In this document: in pieces, positions 49,274-61,690 of the stretch
How positions within the stretch are numbered: position 1 is the stretch's first letter
Layout: each line of letters starts with the position of its first letter
From: Cyanophora paradoxa CCMP329
Lineage: Eukaryota > Plantae > Glaucophyta
Direction of reading: 5' to 3'
Length of the DNA stretch: 64,000 nt
NCBI GenBank assembly: GCA_004431415.1
Contig: QPMI01000277.1
Span: forward strand, 17,383 to 81,382
Translations under genes and position numbers: made by a program
The notes under the pieces: model-generated
The model's database searches: none
Told to the model about the DNA's origin: nothing
What the model saw: the letters and a program-made list of their open reading frames with translations, nothing else

Positions 49274-52200
49274 GCCTGGTGACGGGCCCCTACCACGAGT
49301 ACGGCCAATTGCAAGAGCAATCATTTTAGTGGACAGCCCATGGCCATAGGGATGCCAAGAAAGGAGACCTTACAACTTACACGAGAAAAAAAGCTCCTGC
49401 TGGGAAGAAGTCCCTGCGAGACGCAGAGCCAGGTCCGGCTTCATGCCCTAGGAACCCTGCATGTACAGGCAGTTGGCAGAAGAGTATGTATAAGACACGC
49501 CCAAGCCGGCCTCATGGTTTTGACGAAAGGCGAAGGACCCGGAGGCCCCAGGCACAATCGACAGTGAACCAGGATCGAGCAGTTAACGTTTTTCACTTTT
49601 TTTTGAACGGGAAGCAGTAATATAATTCAATAATTCAAGACACAGAGATAGAGTCACGCAGAGATAGCCCCTGGGCGCGGAGCAGGAATAGCTGATAAAT
49701 ATCGTCAGCAAACTGGACAAGGGGGGTGCCAACAGGGCGGGGTATATCAGTGAGTGAGAGCAAGAGAGAACGTAGAGGGCTGATCGAGAGAATGAAGGAA
49801 ACCGGGCTCCAGGGACCACCTTGAATGGTGCCCACAAGACGAGAGAACACAGAAGAGAATAGCCCATTCGTAAATACACGTGCACGGAGGGGGGCTCTGG
49901 GATTGTACAGGCAGTGGTGCATTCGCCGCTGGCCGGATAAGCCAGGGCCACTGTTGAACATGGAGAACAAGCGCTATAATAACCCAAAGCAAGAGATCGT
50001 AAGCAGACTTCAGATCAGAGTCAAGCCCGATAACACAGTCGTAATTGGCGTAGCGGATCATATATGTGTGTATATGTTGCCAGCACTGCAAAGATATTTT
50101 TATGAACGTCCCGACCTTGCACGAAACCGAACTGATCTTCAGGAATGATGAGTTGTAAGATCGGATTGGCTACTGTGACCATAGTCCATTCAAACAAGCG
50201 CAAGAGTGTGTTAGAAACTCCAATAGGTCGGTATTTCGAAGCATCAGTGGGCAAGCCTGACCGCTTCCAGATGAAAGTGTAGGTCAAGTCGCGCATAAAG
50301 TCAGGAAGGAAGCCTTGAACGGCGATCTTTTGAAAGTAGGCAGCCAGGAAAACAGACCAGGGCTTTGTGTGCATCCGATGATCTTAAAAATGCCAACAGG
50401 AATTCCATCAGGACCTGGTGCCCCATGGGCATACTATGATACGCTTTACTGATAGAGAACGCTACGTCGTCAGGAGAGATATTAGTCTGAGTGCGCCAAA
50501 CAGGCGGGACAGTCCCCTGAACATGGGGCAAGATATCGTCCACAAGTTGTTGAATGAAAGCAGCAGCGGAGGGATTATCCGGAGACGCCGGAAGGGGGAT
50601 ATCGTCAGTAGGGTCCTCGGGGGGTTCAGGAGGGGGGCAGAGAGCGTCGAGGATGGAGGTCTGAGTCAACAGGAAAGTAGGGGTAGGAGCGCCCAGTTCT
50701 ACAAGCTTTCTAGCCAAGTAGTTCGCAACCGCGCCAGGTGATAGCAGTGGGACCATCCGAGGTGAAGTGCAGCGGCGGGGGGACACTGGAGGAGGGCTTG
50801 GCGAGCCGCGCCCAGTCACGCTTAGAGCCGCTTTCGAACGTAAGCCGGTGCTGAAGCCTGGCAAGCTGGCGATTGCTGAGAGAGACCTTCTTCTGAAGTT
50901 CGCGCAGGGATTCAAGCCGCTGGGTGCGCTCGCGGTACAGCGCGACAGCATCGGAGCCGGGCGGCAAGCGGTAGATCTTCATTTCAACGTTGCCAGCGCT
51001 TTGTACGCCGCGCGCTCATGCGTGTAAAGCTTGCTTATCACGTGCGCTCTGTGCTTACGCGCCATCTTGCAGAGCCGCTTACAGAATGCGCGCCAAGTAT
51101 CGTCGAAGACAGAGGCATCCGAGACGACCTCGCCTTCACCGCGCGCTTGAAGGATAGTGCTCAGGAATTGGGTCAAGTGCGTTTCCGTGCGCTGGCGCAG
51201 AGCAGGGTCGAGGCAGACTGGATCGCCGCGCTGAGAATACTGTCCGGGCAGGTTGCTGACAAAGTCATACGGGAACGCTTGCACGCGGGACCGGGGCAAA
51301 TGACGGTGCACACGAGGGCCTGAAAAGGAGAGAACAAGAATGCGGTGGTCAAGCTGAAGATGGAGCGCATCGGATGGCGCTAGGAGCGAGTTAGTGGCAA
51401 GGCTGGAACCACTTGGTTGCAAGAGCAAAGTCGAGGCGCGAGTTTACAGCTTTAAGGCTAACAATTCGTGAATAAGTTGGGGCAAAAGCTGAAGCAGTTC
51501 CGCCGGCAGGAGGCGGTGGAGCATGGTTCGCAAGATCATCAAGCTGGTGGGAAGTCATCGTTGTGTGAACGCACGAGCGCTGCAGGGAATTGGGCTTCGG
51601 GGTGCGGTGATTCCGGTCTCCGATCAGAAGCATAGGCACAGTAGCGGAGAGATACCCAGCCTGCACACAAGATTGCCACCACTCACGGCGGTCCCTGTTG
51701 TCACTAGCAGGGGCATAGACGCAAGCCAAGGGTACGGTCGTAGCAGGGAAGGAACCCGACGCCTTGTACGCAACAGAGACCGAAATAAAACGTCCATCAG
51801 AGTCCTGACGAGCAAGTGTAACCTCGTGCTGTGCAGCAAAGAAGGGCGTGGCCATTATGGCAACACCAGTGGAGCGGGATTGAGTAGGAGCAGAGTTTTC
51901 CCAAAGGGTGACCAGCGTCATCAAATTCCCGCAGCTTAGTTTCCTGTAAGCAGAGGATGTCTATCTTGTGAGCAACGGCAAACTTCCTGCAACGTTCCAC
52001 AAAGCTCTGCAGCTTGCTGGGACTATTGAGCCCGCCCACATTTAATGATGCAATGTTAACCAAACTTAATCAGGCCATGGCGGTGCACGAAGGCGGTGAA
52101 TGTGGGGCAGCGGGGCAATCCCAGCAACGAAAGGAAATGCAAGGCTCTCCAGATGAAAGCCGAGGACCCGAGAGCTTAGCCCGGCATCAGCTTCGAGAAG

Positions 52201-53594
52201 AACTGAGTGCGCAGCTAGCACGGCAGCAGCTTCGACGATCCGAGTAACGGTAACTGGCCGCGTCGACGCCTGCACATGGCGAGAGCTGAGCCGGGCGTAC
52301 GCATGACATAGAATGTACCGAGCTTGTGTGCGACAGGAGCTGGAGGCGGGAGCACAGCTGCCGGATGACGCCGCGCGGACGTCAAAGACGAAGAGCATGT
52401 TGGTGGACAGGAGTCTCGCAAATCCGGCTGCCGCAAGGAGTTCAAGGCAGCGCGCACGGGAATGCGCAGGCAAAGTGACAGGGACAGGTGCCCGAAGGAC
52501 AGGAATAGGTGCCTCGCGGCAGAGCAGGTGCCCGTCGGCAGGAGAGTCTCAGAACGACGCATAAGACAAGGATAAGTGCGCACCACGCTCCGCGCTGCTG
52601 CTGCTGTGCTGTTGCGTGCCTCGCCAGATCCGGGGGGGTCGGGTGGAAACGGATGTACGAACTGAAGGGCGAATGACAAGGTCAGACGGCTGTACTGAAT
52701 GTAGCAAAAATGTCACGGCTGCATGCATAGTTGGTAACGTGAGAGCTGCCTCCACTGAACTGTGGGCATATTTTGGGACGGGAATAAAATCAGGTGCCAA
52801 TGCCGGACGGACAGCCACAACATCTGGAAGGGCACAAGGTGGGAATGCGCCAAGCTCAACCTCATAGAAGAATACTTGACCTCGAACGTGACGGGCTACA
52901 CATATAGAAACGCCCTCCAGGAGGAGACGAGCAGGAGCATTTGCAGGTATTGGACCAATTGCAAAGCTGGCTTCTGCATGAACAAAATGAGCTGCCGCCG
53001 CCGAAGCAAACGGAGCGCCGAGAGTAAGGTGGGCGAGCGCATGCGCGTCCTCATTCCAATCCGGTGAGTAGGAGTGACCTAAACGAAAATCAGCAAAACC
53101 TCTATAATCGTAAATTTGGTAGATATGTCGAAAACCAGCTTCGTGAAAACGAGTAAGGATGGCGTTCCAGTCTTCAGAGGGCATTCTGTACCAAGGGTGA
53201 AGAAGAGGTAAGCGGAGAAAATCCCAGGGAGTGAGAGGGAAACGGATATCAAAAAGACCTCTCCATCGAGTAAATAGAGCATAGAAGGGGTCGGTTTCTG
53301 AAGGCCAGAACGGTTGGACGAGGGGGTGCGACGGGTTCAAAAAAGGAAGCCATAGACCAAATCCCCCATGGTCAGAGAAAGCAGAAATGACCGCTCGAGA
53401 CGAAAATTCTGCCGGCGTGCGTAACCAAGAGTATAAGTTAGCCCCTGCAAATGCATATGAGTAATATTGAAGAGAAGGCAGTCCCAGACCTCCAAGAGCC
53501 ACAGGTCGATGTGAAACAGTTGGTAGGCCACTGGATGGTACAAATAAAGCGTTTGAATGTGATGATTTGCGCCATAAGAAAGTCTGAAGACTGT

Positions 53595-54924
53595 ATACCA
53601 GCATACCAGTAGAGGGGGTACGTATGCCACGTCGAGCGTGCCTGGCCCATCGACCACTTGAGAACGAAGGTGGACGCGTTCTCAATGAAACAGAAGAACC
53701 AGTAGCCACAGAGAGGTCTCCCCTTCTCATTCTGCCGCACATCTTGCACACAAAGAGGTTAAAAATTGACACTGATATCATTGCACCTAATCAAGGCTAA
53801 CACTGAAGCCAAAGTAGGGGGCATAATAATGGGATCGATAGATGTTCTTCTTCCTGCGCATAAATCTGTCGAGCCAGCGCTTGTCGCGCCCCTCGCTGTC
53901 CACTTCCGCCATACAGCGCTGGAGCCGTGCCCTGCCTGCATGCATTCCAGCCTGGTCTCGGAGGAGGCCGGTCAGGCCATCTGACCCACGAGCACTGCCT
54001 AGTTCTGCTGAGAGCTCCTTCATCACAGGCATGAGAATCTGCTTGGGGACTGCGGCTTTGGTGGAGAGTTCCAGCTTCTCCAGCCGGTGTCTCACGACAC
54101 CCATGCTGAACTTCTGCCCCATCTCCAGCTGAAGAGTTTGGTGGATCTGCCGACGCGACAATGCTTCCTTCCAGAGCTCCTCCAGCCGCTCCTCGCTGAT
54201 CTCCACCTTTTTGCCATGATTGCCAGATGGCAATTTCCAGATGGCACGCTCGATGTCCATCTTCTCTTCATTCGATTGATTCCTCGTCCAGAGGCGCGCT
54301 TTTTGTGCTGCCAGGCTTCTAGGGCCCCAGAAATCCACCTCCGGGCGGAGCTCCTGCGTGTATGGTGAGCCAAGGAGCAAGCATGAGAGGCTTTGCCAGC
54401 AGGCGCACGGAGGGGAACTCTCTTCAAGATGGAGGGTTTGGCCACAGCCTCGCCACCTTCACGACCATCCCAGTTGCGCACAATCTCATCTTCGCCATCC
54501 ACGTGCACACCATCAACACCGTCCACACCAGCATCGATATCATCGCCATTTGCATGCACACCATCCGATTCGCCATCAATGCTGCAGACCAGCATCAGGC
54601 CAGGGTACACATCAGGCCAGCGACAGCATCTCTGCGCCTGCAAGGGCCGTTCACCTCTCGTCCTCGCGTGGGGGCGGGTCGCCGTGGGGCTGTGCTCGAC
54701 TGGGGGCTGTTCGGCTTCGAGTGCCCACGGGCTCCCACTCGTCGTCAGAGCCCTCGAGTGGGGGCGGGTCGCCGTCAGAGTCCTCCTCTGGAACAGCCTC
54801 TGCTCGAGAGGAGGCTTGTGCTCGATTGGGGGCTGTTCGCTTTCGTCGCCCTGTGACAGCTCTGCACGAATTGGGGCTCAGCCTCGGAGCTCTCGTAGAT
54901 ACACGCGGGATCATGACCTTTCAT
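53595..54924 (-). mobile_element. IS3EU/IS481EU-like DDE transposase pseudogene with an intron, truncated by the LINE
   Basis: GSDGLTGLLRDQAG..GRARLQRCMAEVDSEGRDKR...YYAPYFGFSVSLD(TAG, probably CAG)|intron|NEKGRPLCGYWFFCFIENAS resembles the G..M.G.L..G...RV...VDP.G..R..Y.A.YFG..H.DQNEK integrase pattern. Confidence 0.7.
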
Positions 54925-55716
54925 AGCTGAAGGCCGATGCGTATACAGGCGGCGATTCCTCCCAGCCCTCCTCCGGCCCTGGGCTCCAGGACCGGCGGTA
55001 ATCCATGCTGCGGGCACTGCGGGCAACCGCCTTATCGGCCCGTAAACAACATCTTGTAGGGCATACTGACCGACGCTAAACGCCGTTCGTCCGCGCACGC
55101 CGTCGGACGCCCTGCGATTTGAATTGAGCTGCTCGTGCCGCGCGCGCGCTCCGGCGGGGCGGCGCGCGCTCTACGCACCGCCCGAACGTGAACTCGAGCA
55201 CACTGAACGCGGTTCCAAGTGCTCGAGGCACCCCTACGCCTGATGGATCGCCCCAGGTCAGCGCAAGGTCGGCAGGCGAGTGCGAGCGGCGGGCCTATCT
55301 CTCACACTCTGACCTGTGTCTTGCCCCGGCTCGAGTTTTGGCGGTGACCCCGCGGCTGCCCGTGCGCCGAGCTCGAAGAATAACACACCACACCGGGAAT
55401 TGAACGAAGTCCTTTGAGGAGTGGGGGGAGAGTATATATACCCAGTTAGTCCCGACACACCCAGCGCTAGCGGCGCCTAGCGCTAGCTCCAGCATCGCAG
55501 CGAGGCCGCGCGAGATCGGGCACGTCTGGAACGCTTGGGAGGAGCAGCAGAATGATCCCGTGCTTCGTAGCGAATTTCTTTCCACTTCCTGCGACTCGGT
55601 TGCCGGTTGCGGTTGGACTTCGCCTTGAATACGCGTCTATACGTGCACGCGCGCACGTACCAGCACGCCGTCGCTTCCATTTCGGGTGCGCGCTTTGCGA
55701 CCGCGGCCGCTCAGGA

Positions 55717-57447
55717 ATGACCGGTAGCGAAGGTGTCTGGCGCACAACGGTGTGCGAATATTCGCGAGCGGGCGAAAAGAAGGTAGATCTTGATGATACA
55801 GTTGCATAATCTGTCGCTGATGAGTCCCAGATGGTGAGAAATCTGAAGCGGTCGAACAAGAGGAAGGTAGATACATTATAATAGACTCGGATCCGAATAA
55901 TGAGTCGCAGATGACAAGTTACCGGCATGGTTCGACAAGATGGGAACACTGGTCAAAAAAGAAGTCAGTGATGCAGTACGGCCTCTGGAAAAGAGGATGG
56001 CATCCATGGAAGCGAGGATGGCATCCTTGGAGAAGAAGATGGCATCCATGGAGTCAAGACAAGGATTTGTAGTTGAACACTCGCTTCGCAATGTTATTCA
56101 CGACAAGCATTTGCTGAATTCCAACCCAGTGGTGGTGCAATTTCTCCCTTGCAATCATATGATTCAGATTTCATTCATTTGCAGATCACGAGTCTCACTG
56201 ACATTGCCAGCGAGGTGTTGGACAGCAGCTCATACACAAACTTGCACGTTTCTACAGAATCGCTGTCTATGGCCCTTGCTAAGGAGAAGGTACATCTCTT
56301 CTTTGTGTGAAAAGTGGTTTCTTTTCAACATGTACTTCAGGATCTGCCGTGGGTCGTCCTTGACACGACGTCGCAACAGATGGCCCAGCGTGGTGCAAAG
56401 GTGGTCATTTAGTCCACTTCCATTGGTGATTCAGTTCCCTTTCACCCAATTGGCCGCAGAGCTGGTTGAACTACCTTGCAGCAAAAGATGTAAATCCAGC
56501 TAAAGGCGGACGGCTATTGTTTGAACTCTTCAAACAGCAGGACAGTTCTGCTCCCTCTCTCTCGGAAATGTTTCTTGGAGAAGTAGACAAGAAAAGCAAG
56601 AAAAAGCAGGGAAGGTATTAATGAATGCTTGAAGTCCAACCTGTCCTCCAATCTCAATTTACTATCGTATTGCTGCAAGCAATGATGTTGGTCATTTTCC
56701 TCGCAGTGAAAAAAGGGCTGTGAAAAAACAGCGGCTGCAAAGGTGGACTGTCCCTGAATTGTTTTATTTCCCTCATCTGTTTTTGCAGATTGGAGGACAA
56801 CTGCCTCTTGATTTGCAATTACATCAATCTTCCGACAAGAGAAGCTAAGGTTAGCCGGCATTGATTGCGAACTGCATGCAGAACTTACCACACTTAGGCG
56901 CACTTGCTGCTTGAGGAAATGCATCTAGGTATGTGACCCACATGGGCCCCGTCTCGTCTTTTATTTGGCAGCAGGCTTGCTGTTTGCCACAGCTTTCGTT
57001 TCAAATGGAAAGAAGTGCCAGAATGTTGTGGAGATTGATGTGAAGGTGGGTTGTTTGTTAATGTCAAGCACCTAGCTTTTTTGTTGTCTTTTGATTGAAT
57101 TTGTGCAGGGGCGTCGTGAGTACATCAACCATGATGCATCAGTCATCATCGGAGAAATTAAGACAACTGATGCAGGTACCAAGTTGCACATGTACTGTCT
57201 CTTTTTGCCTGAACTGCACCTGGATTCAGCCGGTGCAAGGGAACAGCTGAGGCTATCGGCTCAGCTATTGGCATGGGCAATCATCATATTGAAGCCCAAT
57301 ATGCACTTGCATTTAAATGGGTACACATTTGTTGCCAACAGGATGGATCAACAGCCATCCGAAACAGAAACTCTTCACATCAAGGATCCTCAGGGCAAGA
57401 TACATGAAGTGCTTTTCAGAATAAAGACATTTGGAATCAGGGGTTAA
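55717..57447 (+). CDS. Telomere-adjacent spliced coiled-coil + PD-(D/E)xK nuclease-like protein
   Basis: About 11 GT-AG introns join an open frame: MTGSED..(MASMEAR MASLEKK MASMESR)QGFVVEHSLR...VVEIDVK|GRREYINHDASVIIGEIKTTDA|GAREQLRLSAQLL; TAA 57447; markedly lower GC than core genes. Confidence 0.75.
55994..56056 (+). repeat. 3 x 21-bp coding repeat (heptad)
   Basis: aggatggcatccatggaagcg / aggatggcatccttggagaag / aagatggcatccatggagtca. Confidence 0.9.
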
Positions 57448-57950
57448 TGTGAGTAAGAACTTCTGCTCTTTCTAAGCTACGGGTGCGACCGGACCTCCTA
57501 CCTCGGCGCTTTAACTGTACCCGTGCTGTTAGGGATAGAGCGTAACCCGCAGGGACTGGTGCCCTGATGGAGAAAAGGGAATCAGAGCCGAGCCTAGCTA
57601 CCGTAGTACGAGCCCAGCAGGCGCTTCGCGTCCACGCCGGTGCCGTAGCGGATGAAGATGCTCCTGCGAGAACGATTACGATTCTGATCTGAAGTACGAT
57701 CGTAATCACGGTTGCGGCGGGCTATATGCAGGGGGAGCCCTGGCCTGATTACGATTACGATTACGATCGGGCGGGGCTAGGCAGCTGCTGGCCCCCTTGC
57801 TTTGGGGGCGGGGGCTAGCAGGCAAGCTCTGGTCAAGTGGCTAGGATGTGTCGGGACTAGGCGGGGGGAGCAGCGATTGTGTATAGGCGAGTGTAGACAC
57901 AACACGCACCGCGCAGCATTGCCGTCACGGTCCGACAGCGGCGCCACGCA

Positions 57951-58706
57951 GGGTTAGGGTTAGGGTTAGGGTTAGGGTTAGGGTTAGGGTTAGGGTTAGG
58001 GTTAGGGTTAGGGTTAGGGTTAGGGTTAGGGTTAGGGTTAGGGTTAGGGTTAGGGTTAGGGTTAGGGTTAGGGTTAGGGTTAGGGTTAGGGTTAGGGTTA
58101 GGGTTAGGGTTAGGGTTAGGGTTAGGGTTAGGGTTAGGGTTAGGGTTAGGGTTAGGGTTAGGGTTAGGGTTAGGTTAGGGTTAGGGTTAGGGTTAGGGTT
58201 AGGGTTAGGGTTAGGGTTAGGGTTAGGGTTAGGGTTAGGGCTAGGGTTAGGGTTAGGGTTAGGGTTAGGGTGGTTAGGGTTAGGGTTAGGTTAGGGTTAG
58301 GGTTAGGGTTAGGGTTAGGGTTAGGGTTAGGGTTAGGGTTAGGGTTAGGTTAGGGTTAGGGTTAGGGTAGGTTAGGGTTAGGGTTAGGGTTAGGGTTAGG
58401 GTTAGGGTTAGGGTTAGGGTTAGGGTTAGGGTTAGGGTTAGGGTTAGGGTTAGGGTTAGGGTTAGGGTTAGGGTTAGGGTTAGGGTTAGGGTTAGGGTTA
58501 GGGTTAGGGTTAGGGTTAGGGTTAGGGTTAGGGTTAGGGTTAGGGTTAGGGTTAGGGTTAGGGTTAGGGTTAGGGTTAGGGTTAGGTTAGGGTTAGGGTT
58601 AGGGTTAGGTTAGGGTTAGGGTTAGGGTTAGGGTTAGGGTTAGGGTTAGGGTTAGGTTAGGGTTAGGGTTAGGTTAGGGTTAGGGTTAGGTAGGTTAGGG
58701 TTAGGG

Positions 58707-58746
<40 letters not shown>

Positions 58747-59117
58747 CGGTTAGGGTTAGGGTTAGGGTTAGGGTTAGGGTTAGGGTTAGGGTTAGGGTTA
58801 GGGTTAGGGTTAGGGTTAGGGTTAGGGTTAGGGTTAGGGTTAGGTTAGGGTTAGGGTTAGGGTTAGGGTTAGGGTTAGGGTTAGGTAGGTTAGGGTTAGG
58901 GTTAGGGTTAGGGTTAGGGTTAGGGTTAGGGTTAGGGTTAGGGTTAGGGTTAGGGTTAGGGTTAGGGTTAGGGTTAGGGTTAGGGTTAGGGTTAGGGTTA
59001 GGGTTAGGGTTAGGGTTAGGGTTAGGGTTAGGGTTAGGGTTAGGGTTAGGGTTAGGGTTAGGGTTAGGGTTAGGGTTAGGGTTAGGGTTAGGGTTAGGGT
59101 TAGGGTTAGGGTTAGGG

Positions 59118-59158
<41 letters not shown>

Positions 59159-59470
59159 GGTTAGGGTTAGGGTTAGGGTTAGGGTTAGGGTTAGGGTTAG
59201 GGTTAGGGTTAGGGTTAGGGTTAGGGTTAGGTTAGGGTTAGGGTTAGGGTTAGGGTTAGGTTAGGGTTAGGGTTAGGGTTAGGGTTAGGGTTAGGGTTAG
59301 GGTTAGGGTTAGGGTTAGGGTTAGGGTTAGGGTTAGGGTTAGGGTTAGGGTTAGGGTTAGGTTAGGGTTAGGGTTAGGGTTAGGTTAGGGTTAGGGTTAG
59401 GGTTAGGGTTAGGGTTAGGGTTAGGGTTAGGGTTAGGGTTAGGGTAGGGTTAGGGTTAGGGTTAGGGTTA

Positions 59471-59526
<56 letters not shown>

Positions 59527-60597
59527 GGTTAGGGTTGTTAGGGTTAGGGTTAGGGTTAGGGTTAGGGTTAGGGTTAGGTTAGGGTTAGGGTTAGGGTTAG
59601 GGTTAGGGTTAGGGTTAGGGTTAGGGTTAGGTTAGGGTTAGGGTTAGGGTTAGGGTTAGGGTGGTTAGGGTTAGTAGGTTAGGGTTAGGGTTAGGGTTAG
59701 GGTTAGGGTTAGGGTTAGGGTTAGGGTTAGGGTTAGGTTAGGGTTAGGGTTAGGGTTAGGGTTAGGGTTAGGGTTGGTAGGGTTAGGGTTAGGGTTAGGT
59801 TAGGGTTAGGGTTAGGGTTAGGTTAGGGTTAGGGTTAGGGTTAGGGTTAGGGTTAGGGTTAGGGTTAGGGTTAGGGTTAGGGTTAGGGTTAGGTAGGGTT
59901 AGGTTAGGGTTAGGGTTAGGGTTAGGTTAGGGTTAGGGTTAGGGTTAGGGTTAGGTTAGGTTAGGGTTAGGGTTAGGTTAGGGTTAGGGTTAGGGTTAGG
60001 GTTAGGGTTAGGGTTAGGGTTAGGGTTAGGGTTAGGGTTAGGGTTAGGGTTAGGGTTAGGGTTAGGGTTAGGGTTAGGGTTAGGTTAGGGTTAGGGTTAG
60101 GGTTAGGGTTAGGGTTAGGGTAGGGTTAGGGTTAGGGTTAGGGTTAGGGTTAGGGTTAGGGTTAGGGTTAGGGTTAGGGTTAGGGTTAGGGTTAGGGTAG
60201 GGTTAGGGTTAGGGTTAGGGTTAGGGTTAGGGTTAGGGTTAGGGTTAGGGTTAGGGTTAGGGTTAGGGTTAGGGTTAGGGTTAGGGTTAGGGTTAGGGTT
60301 AGGGTTAGGGTTAGGGTTAGGGTTAGGGTTAGGGTTAGGGTTAGGGTTAGGGTTAGGGTTAGGGTTAGGGTTAGGGTTAGGGTTAGGGTTAGGGTTAGGG
60401 TTAGGTTAGGGTTAGGGTTAGGGTTAGGGTTAGGGTTAGGGTTAGGGTTAGGGTTAGGGTTAGGGTTAGGGTAGGGTTAGGGTTAGGGTTAGGGTTAGGT
60501 TAGGGTTAGGGTTAGGGTTAGGGTTAGGGTTAGGGTTAGGGTTAGGGTTAGGGTTAGGGTTAGGGTTAGGGTTAGGGTAGGGTTAGGGTTAGGGTTA

Positions 60598-60634
<37 letters not shown>

Positions 60635-61188
60635 GGTTAGGGTTAGGTTAGGTTAGGGTTAGGGTTAGGGTTAGGGTTAGGGTTAGGGTTAGGGTTAGGG
60701 TTAGGGTTAGGGTTAGGGTTAGGTTAGGGTTAGGGTTAGGGTTAGGGTTAGGTTAGGGTTAGGGTTAGGGTTAGGGTAGGTTAGGGTTAGGGTTAGGGTT
60801 AGGGTTAGGTTAGGTTAGGTTAGGGTTAGGTTAGGGTTAGGGTTAGGGTTAGGGTTAGGGTTAGGGTTAGGGTTAGGGTTAGTTTTAGGGTTAGGGTTAG
60901 GGTTAGGGTTAGGGTTAGGGTTAGGGTTAGGGTTAGGGTTAGGGTTAGGGTTAGGGTTAGGGTTAGGGTAGGGTTAGGGTTAGGTTAGGGTTAGGGTTAG
61001 GGTTAGGGTTAGGGGGTTAGGGTTAGGGTTTAGGGTTAGGTTAGGGGTTAGGGTTAGGGTTAGGGTTATAGGGTTAGGGTTAGGTTAGGGTTAGGGTTAG
61101 GGTTAGGGTTAGGGTTAGGTTGGTTAGGGTTAGGGTTAGGGTTAGGGTTAGGGTTAGGGGTTAGGTTAGGGGTTAGGGTTAGGGTTAG

Positions 61189-61251
<63 letters not shown>

Positions 61252-61649
61252 GGTTAGGGTTAGGGTTAGGGTTAGGGTTAGGGTTAGGGTTAGGGTTAGG
61301 GTTAGGGTTAGGGTTAGGGTTAGGGTTAGGGTAGGTTAGGGTTAGGGTTAGGGTAGGGTTAGGGTTAGGGTTAGGGTTGGTTAGGGTTAGGGTTAGGGTT
61401 AGGGTTAGGGTTAGGGTTAGGGTTAGGGTTAGGGTTAGGGTTAGGGTTAGGCTTAGGGTTAGGGTTAGGGTTAGGGTTAGGGTTAGGGTTAGGGTTAGGG
61501 TTAGGGTTAGGGTTAGGGTTAGGGTTAGGGTTAGGGTTAGGGTTTTAGGGTTAGGGTTAGGTTAGGGTTAGGGTTAGGGTTAGGGTTAGGTTAGGGTTAG
61601 GGTTAGGGTTAGGGTTAGGGTTAGGGTTAGGTTAGGGTTAGGGTTAGGG

Positions 61650-61690
<41 letters not shown>

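Larger units (their letters stand above)
45416..53590 (-). mobile_element. Degenerate APE-type LINE (L1/Tx1-like) in head-to-tail tandem, period ~5.85 kb
   Basis: APE IASLNVGGLN..DILCLQETK, VYAP, LIGD, SRLDF, LDH (52063-51350, repeated 46213-45500); RT KYRPIGVSN, DQFGFVQGR, DLKSAYD, QGGPWSP, QFADD, FLGIP (50400-49290); post-RT FLW..RP..GGLGLP (53590-53480); 45416-47437 is nearly identical to 51272-53287. Confidence 0.9.

Noticed and set aside
52064-52078. ATG GCC TGA in frame upstream of the LINE APE (possible readthrough/recoding)
   Set aside because: Both copies derive from one duplicated, frameshifted element, so mutation cannot be distinguished from recoding
61377-61565. (VR)n ORF
   Set aside because: Translation of the telomeric repeat
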